Shown: positions 49,116 to 59,571, counted from the stretch's first letter. The stretch: 64,000 nucleotides of DNA from a virus (IMGVR_UViG_3300014208_000001:229318-293317), one strand, 5' to 3'. Program-made: numbers and translations. Notes: generated from the sequence alone by a model not told the origin.

Positions 49116-50211
49116 TTTCTTCTAAATAAATAGCTTCACCTTCAGTAACAATTTCATTATTTAACCTCCGAAGAATCTGCACATTATATTGCTTTTCAAC
49201 ATTCTTCTGAGTTTTCAACCATATTTCAAATAAATCATATTTCGCAACTTTATCATTCATAGCCTGAATAATCAAATCACGATTTTCTTCAACAACAGTC
49301 TCAGGGATTTTATTCAACCACCTAACAGTTTTGGCACCTAAATTATTTAAATGCTCCTTAATCTGTAATTTTTCATCATTTCCATATTCACGCTTCAAAA
49401 TAACACGAATCATACTATTGTCAGCAACAGGTTTAGTGATACTATTAATATTGTTATCATCTACTGTTATAAACTGAGGAGGTTGCTTTTCATTAGGGAA
49501 AAATTGTGAACCGGCTTTCCAAATATCAACAAATTTTATATTATTCGTTTCAGTATCAAAAACATAAAAACCATGCGGAACGTCACCTTCATCAAATTTA
49601 AATGGTATTGGCGACCCAGGATACCAAACATTATGTCCCACTTGCTGTTTACTATGAAAATGCCCTGTAAACACATGTTGAAATCTTGAATCATCAAAAC
49701 TAACGAAACTCCAATCCTTCATAAGAAAACATGTGTTTAAAATTGACCCACGAACACCAATATGCGTTAATAATATATCACCATCCTCATACTGTTGCTC
49801 AATCAGTGATAATACAGTCATATAAGATCTCTCATATGTGACAAATGGTAATATCCAAAATCTACGATCACCATATTGAATTATTTTGACATCATCGATA
49901 ACTGTCAGATATTTCCTCAATGGTTGCAAACTGTTTATACGCCATGTATGGCGCAGAAACATATCATGGTTACCAGGAAAAGTAATCCAACTCTGATTAT
50001 ACTTCTCAGTAGCTTCTTCAAAGAAATTACAAACACGCGACATTACTTCAATATCAAATGATTTACGATTATGCCATAAATCACCACATACCATTATAGT
50101 ATCTATTCCGGCATTGGCACAATATTCACGAATTACACGAACTGACCATTCAATATCATCCAATCTGCCTTCAACACCAAAGTGAACATCAGCAGTAATC
50201 GCAAGTTTCAT
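49105..50211 (-). CDS. SbcD/Mre11-like nuclease (T4 gp47)
   Basis: ADVHFG, GDLWH, GNHD, GHFH, YPGSP. Confidence 0.92.
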   Translation of the reverse strand: MKLAITADVHFGVEGRLDDIEWSVRVIREYCANAGIDTIMVCGDLWHNRKSFDIEVMSRVCNFFEEATEKYNQSWITFPGNHDMFLRHTWRINSLQPLRKYLTVIDDVKIIQYGDRRFWILPFVTYERSYMTVLSLIEQQYEDGDILLTHIGVRGSILNTCFLMKDWSFVSFDDSRFQHVFTGHFHSKQQVGHNVWYPGSPIPFKFDEGDVPHGFYVFDTETNNIKFVDIWKAGSQFFPNEKQPPQFITVDDNNINSITKPVADNSMIRVILKREYGNDEKLQIKEHLNNLGAKTVRWLNKIPETVVEENRDLIIQAMNDKVAKYDLFEIWLKTQKNVEKQYNVQILRRLNNEIVTEGEAIYLEENDV

Positions 50212-50220
50212 ACTACTTCT

Positions 50221-50619
50221 TTAAAGAAATGTATCTTCTTTAGCACATTTCGGCAAATTATCAAAATCAATCACAGCGACAGCTTGATTAAACACAAAAA
50301 CAACAATTTTAGATTCATATTTTTTAAATGATAATACTTTAGCACATTGTTCTATCATAAAATGACTCAATCCATGATATGATATACCACCTATAATAAA
50401 CTTACTAAAGGAAAATTCTCTAACTGAACTAGCAACATTAGGATCACACCATTGATTATATGGATATGGATTATATGGATTCATAGAATGAATAGTAGTA
50501 GTATTGGACGTACCACAATACGTTGGAGCATAAATAGATGTTGGATACGATGTATTAGGTAACCCAGTAGCAATACTCCACGTCAAATCAATATCGTCAT
50601 CATTCATACTATTCTCCAT
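50221..50619 (-). CDS. Hypothetical protein
   Basis: 132 aa ORF. Confidence 0.45.
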   Translation of the reverse strand: MENSMNDDDIDLTWSIATGLPNTSYPTSIYAPTYCGTSNTTTIHSMNPYNPYPYNQWCDPNVASSVREFSFSKFIIGGISYHGLSHFMIEQCAKVLSFKKYESKIVVFVFNQAVAVIDFDNLPKCAKEDTFL

Positions 50620-50657
50620 TTAAAGTATGTGCAAGAAATTAAAATACATCAAGCGAA

Positions 50658-51074
50658 TCAATTATTATAATATGAAGAAACCACTCCATTTTTCACATCA
50701 GCCATTAATTTAAAAAGTAACTCAAACGAATACTCATATATTTGATTTATCCTAACATAATTATCGTCATTAAAACAATACACACCAATAACATCATTAA
50801 TAACAATATTATATTTAAGTGTCATTACAGTTAAAGTTTCACACTGACGATATCTCACGTCAATTAATATATCACTTATATGACTAATCATCTCAGATAA
50901 ATCTGATAATACAATTTGCAATACTTCATCAAATTTTGTATATTTAGAAATATCAAAAATCTGTTCACCAATAGTTATATAATGCACTCTATTTAAATCA
51001 GGAAAAAACATATATATTGGCGATGAAGGCATACTGCTATCGTAGTAATATATAACTTTCCTCTGTTGGTTCAT
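50658..51074 (-). CDS. Hypothetical protein
   Basis: 138 aa ORF. Confidence 0.45.
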   Translation of the reverse strand: MNQQRKVIYYYDSSMPSSPIYMFFPDLNRVHYITIGEQIFDISKYTKFDEVLQIVLSDLSEMISHISDILIDVRYRQCETLTVMTLKYNIVINDVIGVYCFNDDNYVRINQIYEYSFELLFKLMADVKNGVVSSYYNN

Positions 51075-51088
51075 TTTAATCCTTTAAA

Positions 51089-51535
51089 ATGAACGATATT
51101 ACCACGTCATTTGTTCGCGTAAAAGAAAGACGGAGGTTAAACATCAAAAACAACGAATATTACATCACATTTCACACACTATATAAACAAATAACACCAA
51201 CAACATGCGTACCAGTACTACCAAATAAAACATTACCATATATATGTTATACACATAAATGTACCAAATTACATGATATACAAAATCTAATAATAGATGA
51301 TATTTTGACCATGTATATAATAAATCACATTGATGTTTCATTTGAAATTTTATGTGTACTTAATAAATATTTTGGAATATCAATATCAAAAGATCATATA
51401 TCAATATCTTTCATTAATCCACATCCATATGATATTGAAATACTTTTTGTAGATTACACATCAACAGTCCTGTACGAAACGATCTCATCAAACATTTTGG
51501 AGCAAAATCTTGATAAAGTATTACGTATCAAATAA
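51089..51535 (+). CDS. Hypothetical protein, paralog of 51510-51872
   Basis: Shared L.DI.N.I.DDI and I..VDY.....LY/E motifs. Confidence 0.5.
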   Translation: MNDITTSFVRVKERRRLNIKNNEYYITFHTLYKQITPTTCVPVLPNKTLPYICYTHKCTKLHDIQNLIIDDILTMYIINHIDVSFEILCVLNKYFGISISKDHISISFINPHPYDIEILFVDYTSTVLYETISSNILEQNLDKVLRIK

Positions 51536-51872
51536 TTGGAGTTTATCAGTTCTGAAAGGAAATGAATATGTTTTGGTATCTACCAAATTGACACTGGCAC
51601 AAGAAACATTTACATTTCTTAATGATGTTGAATTAAATCACAAATTATTACCAGATATTCATAATATCATCGTAAATGATATTATGAATAAACATCAAAT
51701 TAAATACACAACCAATCATAATAATGTTTTAAACATAATATGTGATAATTATACATTTACATTTGGTGATGACGAATTAATCATTAATAGAACTAGTAGT
51801 GATATTATTATTAAATATGTTGATTATTCAATTGAGAAGTTATATGTTGTTTTAGATGCGCGTGATGAATAG
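51510..51872 (+). CDS. Hypothetical protein, paralog of 51089-51535
   Basis: See previous feature. Confidence 0.5.
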   Translation: MIKYYVSNNWSLSVLKGNEYVLVSTKLTLAQETFTFLNDVELNHKLLPDIHNIIVNDIMNKHQIKYTTNHNNVLNIICDNYTFTFGDDELIINRTSSDIIIKYVDYSIEKLYVVLDARDE

Positions 51873-51899
51873 GAATTGTTTGTTTTTGTGTGTATTTAA

Positions 51900-53060
51900 A
51901 ATGTCGCTGTCTAGGCAGCAGTATAGCAGCATTGTTTGCTGCGATGGCCAATTCGAAAAGGTTGGCTGATTTTGTGTGTGTTTGGGATGACCAGAATCAA
52001 CAGTTGGTATGGCGGGGAAACCCGGCGTTTGGGCATGTGCACGAAGGAGTCGACGTCAAAACACCAAACTCTTCTATTAATTATGAAGCATGCACGGCGT
52101 TATGTCAAGAATTGCAAAATAGGCTTCACTAAGTGATTAATAGAATTTTGAGTTTGGTCTTTTTTCAGCCAACAGCATAAGAAGTCCGCAAAACTGGCTT
52201 ATGGGTAGTTGGGCGTAGGCAACCAATGACGCCTGGATTCTGGTCGCAGACTGCAATGATTGCGATTTGCAAAACATACCAGAGGTAAAACGACCACAGA
52301 CGCAATGGCTTTTCTAGTGGTAAAATTCTGAGGAGTTTTACTAGGTGGCTATGCTCATCACGCATAAGGTGATGATCACGAATGAATCGTGTGGAAATGT
52401 CGGGGTGACCCGAGTCAGTAACGATACTAGAGGTAACGAAACGGCTCTACCGAGTAAGAAGAGGTCCACTGGAAATAGTGACCGGGCCGTAATTCGAAAT
52501 GGATACTCTAGTGGAAACAACCTCAAACAACCCAAAAGCTCACACAAACCATTTGCAGTCCTAGAATCACACAATTTAACGATAAGTTCCACAAACATTG
52601 CAATCAAGCTTGAAATCGCTCTTAGCACAACAGTATATGACACATCGCTCTTAGCACAACAGTTGACACAATCTGCAGTTTGTGGGCCGAAACTTAGGGG
52701 GGATTGTTGAACAATATGTCAACCACAAAATCGAAAAATTTCACACAGTAGGCATACTGGTTAGTGATTTTAATTGATTATGACATATGATTCTGCAATG
52801 GCTAACTCAAAACCTACGAGAACACCTAAGATTCTATGGAGTGTTCGACCGCTGGGTAAGCGGGAAAGATGGGCGTAGGTTCCGGGAGCAGAGTTTGACT
52901 TAACGCAGGCTGCCCAAACAAGTAAGACGTTAAGTGTTTATCTGCGACCCCTCAGCGACTTATTAAAGTGACCAGTTAAACTGAACAGTTGACAACTGCG
53001 AAATTAATAAGATCGTTAACCCAATAATTTCAATCACATTACTTTAATCGGTTAATGTGG
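51900..53060 (+). ncRNA. Candidate large structured non-coding RNA, unassigned (strand uncertain)
   Basis: GC-richer island with no convincing ORF and many perfect hairpins, some with GNRA loops, plus a multibranch stem. Confidence 0.5.
52615..52669. repeat. Direct repeat ATCGCTCTTAGCACAACAGT x2, each followed by TGACAC
   Basis: Identical 20-mers at 52615-52634 and 52644-52663. Confidence 0.9.
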
Positions 53061-53067
53061 GGAGAGG

Positions 53068-54090
53068 ATGGGGGGGCCAGTTTTCTATCCAAAATATCAA
53101 AAGAACAATATGAAAACAAATTCACCAATACCAAACATAGATACAAACGCTACATATCGAAAACTCAAACAACCATACCTAATAAATGGAATACTTTTTG
53201 ATCAATCAGTAAAAGGGACACTAAAATTACAGCACACACTACATGATGAATATTATTATTCAAGTACAAAATATATGTATGCTAACGATTCACAACGTAT
53301 GTGGTATTATAATCCATATGTAGTCGAAATACCAATAGGAGCAGTATATTGCCCTGAACAATATAACCAAATGCCATTTAAAACATCAATAGAAAAATTT
53401 AAATCAACAGAATTATATAAATCATTAATTAAATTGCGAAAATATGAAGATAATGATATAGTCGCCAAATATGCTGATGAATATCATGGTTTATTATATG
53501 AATATTATTATTCAAGATCAGAATTATATATTAGGAGAAGACTACCATGCCAGAAATGGATTACAGAAATAATTATTAAATTATCACTAAATGGAATAGT
53601 GGACGTACAATCCAAAAAAAGCGTACAACAATTAACGCTAGACCCATTAACATCATGCATACAATCGATTAGAGATAAATTATTATCTCGCTTGCTTATT
53701 AAATTTGGCGAAAAAATGGGCGGATTATGTGATTTAGATCCTATATTTAAACCGTGGGAACCAGAATATACTAAAACAGCATTAGGTTTCAGATCTAATA
53801 GTTCAATATATTATTCAGAAAATGTATTTTTATGCGATGTTACTGACAATGTTTTGACATTCAATGATCCAGTGTCTCCTAGGATACATTATGCATTTGA
53901 TGTCGTAACATATACAAATAGAAACATATTTATTATTGTTAATACTAATTTTTCAGAATATTTTATTTCAAAAGCGCGTAATAGATCTGGTTCTATTAAA
54001 TTGATAAATAATGAAAGCTTGCAGAGCATTAAATTATCAATACGTGATAAATCACTCCTTGAACATGCGTTAAGAAGAATATTATTATGA
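53068..54090 (+). CDS. Hypothetical protein
   Basis: 340 aa; probable start MKTNSP near 53110. Confidence 0.55.
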   Translation: MGGPVFYPKYQKNNMKTNSPIPNIDTNATYRKLKQPYLINGILFDQSVKGTLKLQHTLHDEYYYSSTKYMYANDSQRMWYYNPYVVEIPIGAVYCPEQYNQMPFKTSIEKFKSTELYKSLIKLRKYEDNDIVAKYADEYHGLLYEYYYSRSELYIRRRLPCQKWITEIIIKLSLNGIVDVQSKKSVQQLTLDPLTSCIQSIRDKLLSRLLIKFGEKMGGLCDLDPIFKPWEPEYTKTALGFRSNSSIYYSENVFLCDVTDNVLTFNDPVSPRIHYAFDVVTYTNRNIFIIVNTNFSEYFISKARNRSGSIKLINNESLQSIKLSIRDKSLLEHALRRILL

Positions 54091-54347
54091 GAGTATCACC
54101 ATATTGGCTAGTTGATAAAGGTTTTGAAAAACGAGGAGAATCTTATCATAAATATATTGGTGATATTGAAGGCGATCATTATTTATTGAGTGTGACATTT
54201 GAAAATAAAAAAGTTTATACGTATATTAGACAGCAGCGTAAACATGGATATAAAGTATTATGTGATATTATTACTTTGCCTAAGGTGCAGTCTACTGTTG
54301 CTGTTGAAATGTTATGGATTATGATTAGCGGTAATAAATTAAATTGA
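54087..54347 (+). CDS. Hypothetical protein
   Basis: 86 aa, ATGA overlap. Confidence 0.5.
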   Translation: MRVSPYWLVDKGFEKRGESYHKYIGDIEGDHYLLSVTFENKKVYTYIRQQRKHGYKVLCDIITLPKVQSTVAVEMLWIMISGNKLN

Positions 54348-54383
54348 TTATGAACGTTTGCGCAAATAGTAGATATATTTAAC

Positions 54384-54653
54384 ATGGACATACCTGAAGT
54401 TTTGGACAATGGCGCAGTTTTAATAGATGATTGCACAGTCACTATTAAATTTGGTGTATACAGTTCTGGTGATGGATCAGAAAATATTATAGCCGCCAGA
54501 GCATCATCTGATAAAAATATTCCAGTCGCATATTGGTTAACATCAGCAGAATATTTAGTATCAGTTGTATCAGCCATAAGTGGATTAGGTTTCGAAAAAA
54601 CAATAGAAACAATCATAGATGGCGCTGTAAAGTATAAGCATACAAAAGTGTAA
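54384..54653 (+). CDS. Hypothetical protein
   Basis: 89 aa ORF. Confidence 0.5.
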   Translation: MDIPEVLDNGAVLIDDCTVTIKFGVYSSGDGSENIIAARASSDKNIPVAYWLTSAEYLVSVVSAISGLGFEKTIETIIDGAVKYKHTKV

Positions 54654-54711
54654 AATATATCATATGTTAAAAAATATAAAAGTATGAAATTATCATGAGG
54701 TATGATGCATA

Positions 54712-56295
54712 ATGGCAGAGTGTAAAACATCAAAGAAAATCTCAAAATATCCAAAAGATGCGGATATTATATGTGATAAAGCAGGTAATATATTACAATA
54801 TGATATATTAACAAATACATGGATCTTCAAAGGCAAAATTTCACCACCAAATATAGTAACAGAAAATGAAAATGGTTTAATAGATACAACAATATATAAT
54901 AAACTACAAAAATTACGGACAGTATATGAATCAAATCAAATAAATTTCACGCCACTAAAATTAAAACCAGGCGTTGACGGATATTGGTACTACTTTAGAA
55001 GTAGTGACAAATTATACAGATTTATTCCAGAAGCAGAAGACACATTACGAATAGAAGTCGATAGAGCCAGAATATTTCAAATCGCATTAAAACAATTATG
55101 CCCAGGAGACAAAGGTGCTGAAGGTCTGCCAGGACCAAAAGGCCCAACAGGAGCATCAGGCGCACCAGAAATCTGCTATGCACCAATAACGATTGTTAAT
55201 AATCAATTATCATTTGCAATCTACACACCAACACCAATAATTGATTCACGAATATCATTTAGAATATATCCAGTATCGCGACCATTATCATCACAGACCG
55301 CAAATTTACAAAATCAATTACAATATTTAACATCATATTTAAAAAAATACGATACATCTACCAATAATATCGCTAAAATAACTGATATGAAAAAAATATT
55401 GATTGATAACGCATTAGGAATTAATAAACAAGCCGCATCCCAAGAATTAAGTCAGGTATTAACTGGTACGTTTTCAGTTGGCGACTCTTCATTAGAAATC
55501 AATATTGATCCGAATGATCCAACTGGTAATTCAACATTAGTTAGCACAACACTTCCGATTCAATTATCTGATACTATCAGCACATTTAAATTTGTTGATA
55601 ATGTTCTGTATGGAACGGTTATTTTAAGTAGTTCATGGAGTAGTCAAGGATCTGAATGGTGTTTGAGATCTAGACAACGTGGTCCAAAAGGTGATAAAGG
55701 TGATCCTGGATTATGTAGATTATCAGTAGTTAGTAGTACAATTGACAATAGTAATATGTTAGCCACATGTCCTATTGTCAATGTTAGATATGATTCACCG
55801 AAAAATACTCTTTATTGGAAATGCAGTGATTTATCATCTGACGTATGCGCCAATGCTGTTACTATTCTTGGTGGTGCAGCATCATTAAATGATAGATCTA
55901 TTATCGATAGTGAATTCGCATCGGCACAAATGATTTTAGATGATTGTAAATTAATCAATAAATATAAGCCATCATTACCGCAATTCATTCAACCAGAATT
56001 AGAACTAGTGAGTTGGGAGCCACAACCTAATTGTAACCTAAAAAGAAATTTCGACAGGCACACATTTAATTGGCAAGATACTCTATCAGCCGATAAGTGC
56101 AATACAGATGTTAAATGGTATGGTGTTGATGATTTAAAAGCGCCACAATACCCATATAATATTCAGAAATCTGATCCACCAGTCACAGATAAGTGCTGTG
56201 AAGATTCATTTTTCTTTTGCCCAAATGTTCAAGATGGGCCATGTATTGATAATGTTATAGCTAACGGCATAACAACTATAGCTGGTAAATTATAA
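54712..56295 (+). CDS. Putative tail/baseplate-associated protein with short collagen-like segments
   Basis: GDKGAEGLPGPKGPTGASG and GPKGDKGDPG; Cys-rich C-terminus; GAGG RBS. Confidence 0.55.
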   Translation: MAECKTSKKISKYPKDADIICDKAGNILQYDILTNTWIFKGKISPPNIVTENENGLIDTTIYNKLQKLRTVYESNQINFTPLKLKPGVDGYWYYFRSSDKLYRFIPEAEDTLRIEVDRARIFQIALKQLCPGDKGAEGLPGPKGPTGASGAPEICYAPITIVNNQLSFAIYTPTPIIDSRISFRIYPVSRPLSSQTANLQNQLQYLTSYLKKYDTSTNNIAKITDMKKILIDNALGINKQAASQELSQVLTGTFSVGDSSLEINIDPNDPTGNSTLVSTTLPIQLSDTISTFKFVDNVLYGTVILSSSWSSQGSEWCLRSRQRGPKGDKGDPGLCRLSVVSSTIDNSNMLATCPIVNVRYDSPKNTLYWKCSDLSSDVCANAVTILGGAASLNDRSIIDSEFASAQMILDDCKLINKYKPSLPQFIQPELELVSWEPQPNCNLKRNFDRHTFNWQDTLSADKCNTDVKWYGVDDLKAPQYPYNIQKSDPPVTDKCCEDSFFFCPNVQDGPCIDNVIANGITTIAGKL

Positions 56296-56685
56296 GTAAT
56301 CTATAGAACGGTGTAACCATTCAAATACTGACATAAATCCGGTATCATTGATTTCAATATTGCTCGGCTGTTCGTGAATTGATTTTGTCTGTGACCTGCG
56401 TATAACTCTTTTATTGATTAAATCTATTGTATCAGGCGATGGACTCGCGAATAGGTCTTTGGCGATTAAATTAGCAAATATTGAGCAGTCGTCTTCTGTT
56501 GTGCTTTCAACGCATTCAGGCACAGCTACAACACATGGACCATCTATTAACGCTACAATGATACTAACTGCTTCTGGTGTCGGCATTTGAATAGCGGCAT
56601 CTAATTGGCCCCAAGTACCACCTTTATCAAATCCAGTAAAATATAATCCTTTAAAATCACCATGCACAGCACGTATTGTGAACAT
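56290..56685 (-). CDS. Hypothetical protein
   Basis: 131 aa with GAGG RBS. Confidence 0.5.
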   Translation of the reverse strand: MFTIRAVHGDFKGLYFTGFDKGGTWGQLDAAIQMPTPEAVSIIVALIDGPCVVAVPECVESTTEDDCSIFANLIAKDLFASPSPDTIDLINKRVIRRSQTKSIHEQPSNIEINDTGFMSVFEWLHRSIDYL

Positions 56686-56692
56686 TTAATCC

Positions 56693-56983
56693 TCACACAT
56701 TGTAATGATAAGACGACTCGAGACGATAATTGTTAGTATCATTTCTGATATGGTCTAACATCATTCGTTTTTCTTTTTCTAATTTATTGTTATCTATATT
56801 GAAATGTTCAGCTAGGTATTTATTTATTGGTTGGCAATGTTCATACAAAACATCATCATCATAAACACATAGTCGTATTCCTTTTTCATTAATTAGCCAT
56901 TCAAGGAATTCGCCACATGCTTGCGATAATGGTTGAATAACTTTTAGTTTATCATGCTCAGGGTATGTAAAGTCGTGTGTCAT
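56693..56983 (-). CDS. Hypothetical phage protein
   Basis: YPEH.KL...SQ.CGEFLEWL...LAEHF.ID..KLE.EKR.ML. Confidence 0.6.
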   Translation of the reverse strand: MTHDFTYPEHDKLKVIQPLSQACGEFLEWLINEKGIRLCVYDDDVLYEHCQPINKYLAEHFNIDNNKLEKEKRMMLDHIRNDTNNYRLESSYHYNV

Positions 56984-57029
56984 ACTTGGCGTATTACATA
57001 TTCAATCGATTTTGTAAAATGAGGTTTTA

Positions 57030-58352
57030 ATGGCTTGCTTGATTTTTAAAGAATCTGATAATATTGAACGGACTATAGATGAGATTAAATACCAAACGCC
57101 AGATAAATATATCGATGATATTATAATATTAGATAAATCATTAAATCAAGCCGCCGAAATAAACAAAATAGCACGGACCACAACACATCAAGATATAGTA
57201 TATTTTAATAACTATGGAAAGGCTAGTGAACTTTTATTTGAAGAAATTATTTTATTATTGCATAATAATAAAACATCACTGATTAGTCCGCGAATTTATG
57301 ATTTTGATCCTGATCTATGGATGTCATTGCCTGACTACTATGAAAGAATCAACTTTAGGAATGATATATCATTATATAATAAAATTTCATATACACAACA
57401 ATTATTGGTTGAATCTCCTATTATATCTAAAGAGTGCGTATTTTTTGATAGAGAACATTTTGTTGAAATAGGTGGTTTAATCGAAGATATCGATGGATAT
57501 GAAATTACAGAATTGTCATTACGTAATTGGTCATATGGACATAAATGCTTGATAGATCATAAAGTTAGCTATTCAACAATAAATCAAATAAAATATGATA
57601 TGACTAGTGCCGCTATCGTTAGTGCATTATGGTTAGGAAAATATCATGAATTTGGTAATATTATACGATATGATAAAGTTATTAAAGATAATGCACTTAT
57701 TGAAGGCGATGATTTATTCATACGTATAAATCCAGAATTAATCGGATATAATAGAATTAAAAATGCAGCTAGAGGTAAAACTATAGGAATAATATGCGAT
57801 GGACCAAGTATTGATTATATTAATTATCGTGAAATATTTGATGTTAATGATATTTTGATTGGCGTTGATTTAGCATCTGATCTTATGAAATGTGATTATG
57901 TTGTGTCATTTAATTATAATTATATAGATTCGATTTTGAATAAATACGAACATACTAAAATATTAACGCCGCATGTGTTATATAATATGATTGGTAAAAC
58001 TGTCGCTGAGACTAGTTCTATTTCATCAGAGATTACACAGTTTGAATTGGCATCTCAGTCATGTTCATTATCTAACAAATATCCTATTATAAATAGTGGG
58101 CATCCTATTCATAGTTCGATTCATTTAGCATTGTTGATGAATCCATTAAAAATTAATATATATGGCGCTGATTTTAAATTTGTTGCTGGCAAGAGTCATA
58201 CTGAGCGTATTCCTATTTATAATAATGGTATGTATTATCCAGATAATGATACTACATTATCAACATATAATAGATATGAAGCTATGTTGACATATTTGGC
58301 TAGTTTATCGTCTAGTGTTGGTATTCCTGTTATTAGACATACACATATTTAA
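57030..58352 (+). CDS. Degenerate GT2-like domain fused to a DUF115 / Maf-like domain
   Basis: N-terminal GT-A-like (..IG G..ED..G.E..ELSLR.W..G); C-terminal IICDGPS..LIGVD..LAL.M....I.IYGADF. Confidence 0.6.
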   Translation: MACLIFKESDNIERTIDEIKYQTPDKYIDDIIILDKSLNQAAEINKIARTTTHQDIVYFNNYGKASELLFEEIILLLHNNKTSLISPRIYDFDPDLWMSLPDYYERINFRNDISLYNKISYTQQLLVESPIISKECVFFDREHFVEIGGLIEDIDGYEITELSLRNWSYGHKCLIDHKVSYSTINQIKYDMTSAAIVSALWLGKYHEFGNIIRYDKVIKDNALIEGDDLFIRINPELIGYNRIKNAARGKTIGIICDGPSIDYINYREIFDVNDILIGVDLASDLMKCDYVVSFNYNYIDSILNKYEHTKILTPHVLYNMIGKTVAETSSISSEITQFELASQSCSLSNKYPIINSGHPIHSSIHLALLMNPLKINIYGADFKFVAGKSHTERIPIYNNGMYYPDNDTTLSTYNRYEAMLTYLASLSSSVGIPVIRHTHI

Positions 58353-59566
58353 ATATCTGAATATAAATATTCATGGCTTATATTTTTATAATTAACAAAA
58401 TTATGATAGTTATTACCGTATTTTGGATCGGCATATATGAATTCTTCTGCTTCTGGCCATTTTCCTTTTATAACTTTTATGGCGTACACAACTGCTGCTT
58501 TCGCGTTCTTCATATCTAATATTAATTTCTCTGCTGCTGGCCATCGTTTTTTCATCATATAAGCTGCATACATAGCCGCGATATATGAAGCTTTTTCTTT
58601 TATGATATATGGTTCAGCTTCCGGAAATCTACCTCTAATTATATCATTGGCATATATGTATGCTTCTGTCGGATATTTTTTGATGACTTCTTCGCCTTCT
58701 GGCCATCTACCACGTATAACATGGTTTACATAAGATATAATGGTTTCTACATCTTGTAGAATATATGGTTCTGCTTCAGGCCATCTATCATGGATAACTC
58801 CTAGAGCGTATATTATTGAGCGATGTGGGTCTTTTTTGATGGTTTCTTCGCCTTCTGGCCATCTTTCTTGTATAATATGTTCAGCGTACCATACGTAATT
58901 AATCATACTTGATGATTGCACATCGGTTGGTTTTATGAATAATTCTGCTAATTTTTTGCGGTCCGTTGCTTCTATTTCATTATCTTTTCTATCCATAATT
59001 TGTAAATAGTCAGGAGTATATTGAATTATTGGCTTATTACCATCCCAAATCTGCCCAATCCAACCATGTTCATTAATATAATGTGATGCCATACAATCTT
59101 TATATGATCCTCTTGTGCACCATTTAGTACCTTCACCTAATTGTTGTAATGATTCGACTGAGGTAATTTTATAACTTTTATATTGATTTTTTGAATTATA
59201 TAATTCAACGCCCGGCAATTTAGTTGGGTCATTTATATCAGACCCGCCTTGCCTTTTGCTTACTGCGTCAGCGACTAATTCTAGTGCATCTTCTAAATCA
59301 GATAAGCGTTTATAACTTAATAGATCTTTATTTGATAATCTTGATTTAACATTATCAAATAAAAGTAATGCGTCACGTAACCTATTACTATCTTCTGGTA
59401 ATCGTACGTCTTGTTTAGCCCATTGTCGTAATACGAATTGTGAATATTTTTTAGTTGGTGCTGTTGTATTAATAATATAATTTATATAATCATGATCTAA
59501 GTGATCTCTTTTTGAGATCATATTTACCATGTCTTGGATAGTTTCAATGATTAGTGATAGTTTCAT
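58349..59566 (-). CDS. Paralog A with C-terminal YA..II..RWPEAE repeats
   Basis: TKWCT domain plus about six 23 aa helical repeats. Confidence 0.7.
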   Translation of the reverse strand: MKLSLIIETIQDMVNMISKRDHLDHDYINYIINTTAPTKKYSQFVLRQWAKQDVRLPEDSNRLRDALLLFDNVKSRLSNKDLLSYKRLSDLEDALELVADAVSKRQGGSDINDPTKLPGVELYNSKNQYKSYKITSVESLQQLGEGTKWCTRGSYKDCMASHYINEHGWIGQIWDGNKPIIQYTPDYLQIMDRKDNEIEATDRKKLAELFIKPTDVQSSSMINYVWYAEHIIQERWPEGEETIKKDPHRSIIYALGVIHDRWPEAEPYILQDVETIISYVNHVIRGRWPEGEEVIKKYPTEAYIYANDIIRGRFPEAEPYIIKEKASYIAAMYAAYMMKKRWPAAEKLILDMKNAKAAVVYAIKVIKGKWPEAEEFIYADPKYGNNYHNFVNYKNISHEYLYSDI

Positions 59567-59571
59567 TTATG

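Noticed and set aside
52170-52210. AAGTCCG ... AAAACTGGCTTA resembles RNase P P4 strands
   Set aside because: The two motifs are adjacent and form a local hairpin, leaving no room for the RNase P body
52615-52669. Possible mini CRISPR array
   Set aside because: Only two 20 bp repeats with a 9 bp gap; no spacer-length unique sequence and no cas genes
51890-52710. ORFs 51890-52132, 52165-52365, 52341-52643, 52345-52710
   Set aside because: No clear RBS, atypical codon use, mutually overlapping; hairpin density fits an RNA or regulatory role better, though 51890-52132 cannot be excluded
52665-53010. AATCTGCAG resembles the group I intron Q element
   Set aside because: No P, R or S elements in the correct order and no interrupted gene
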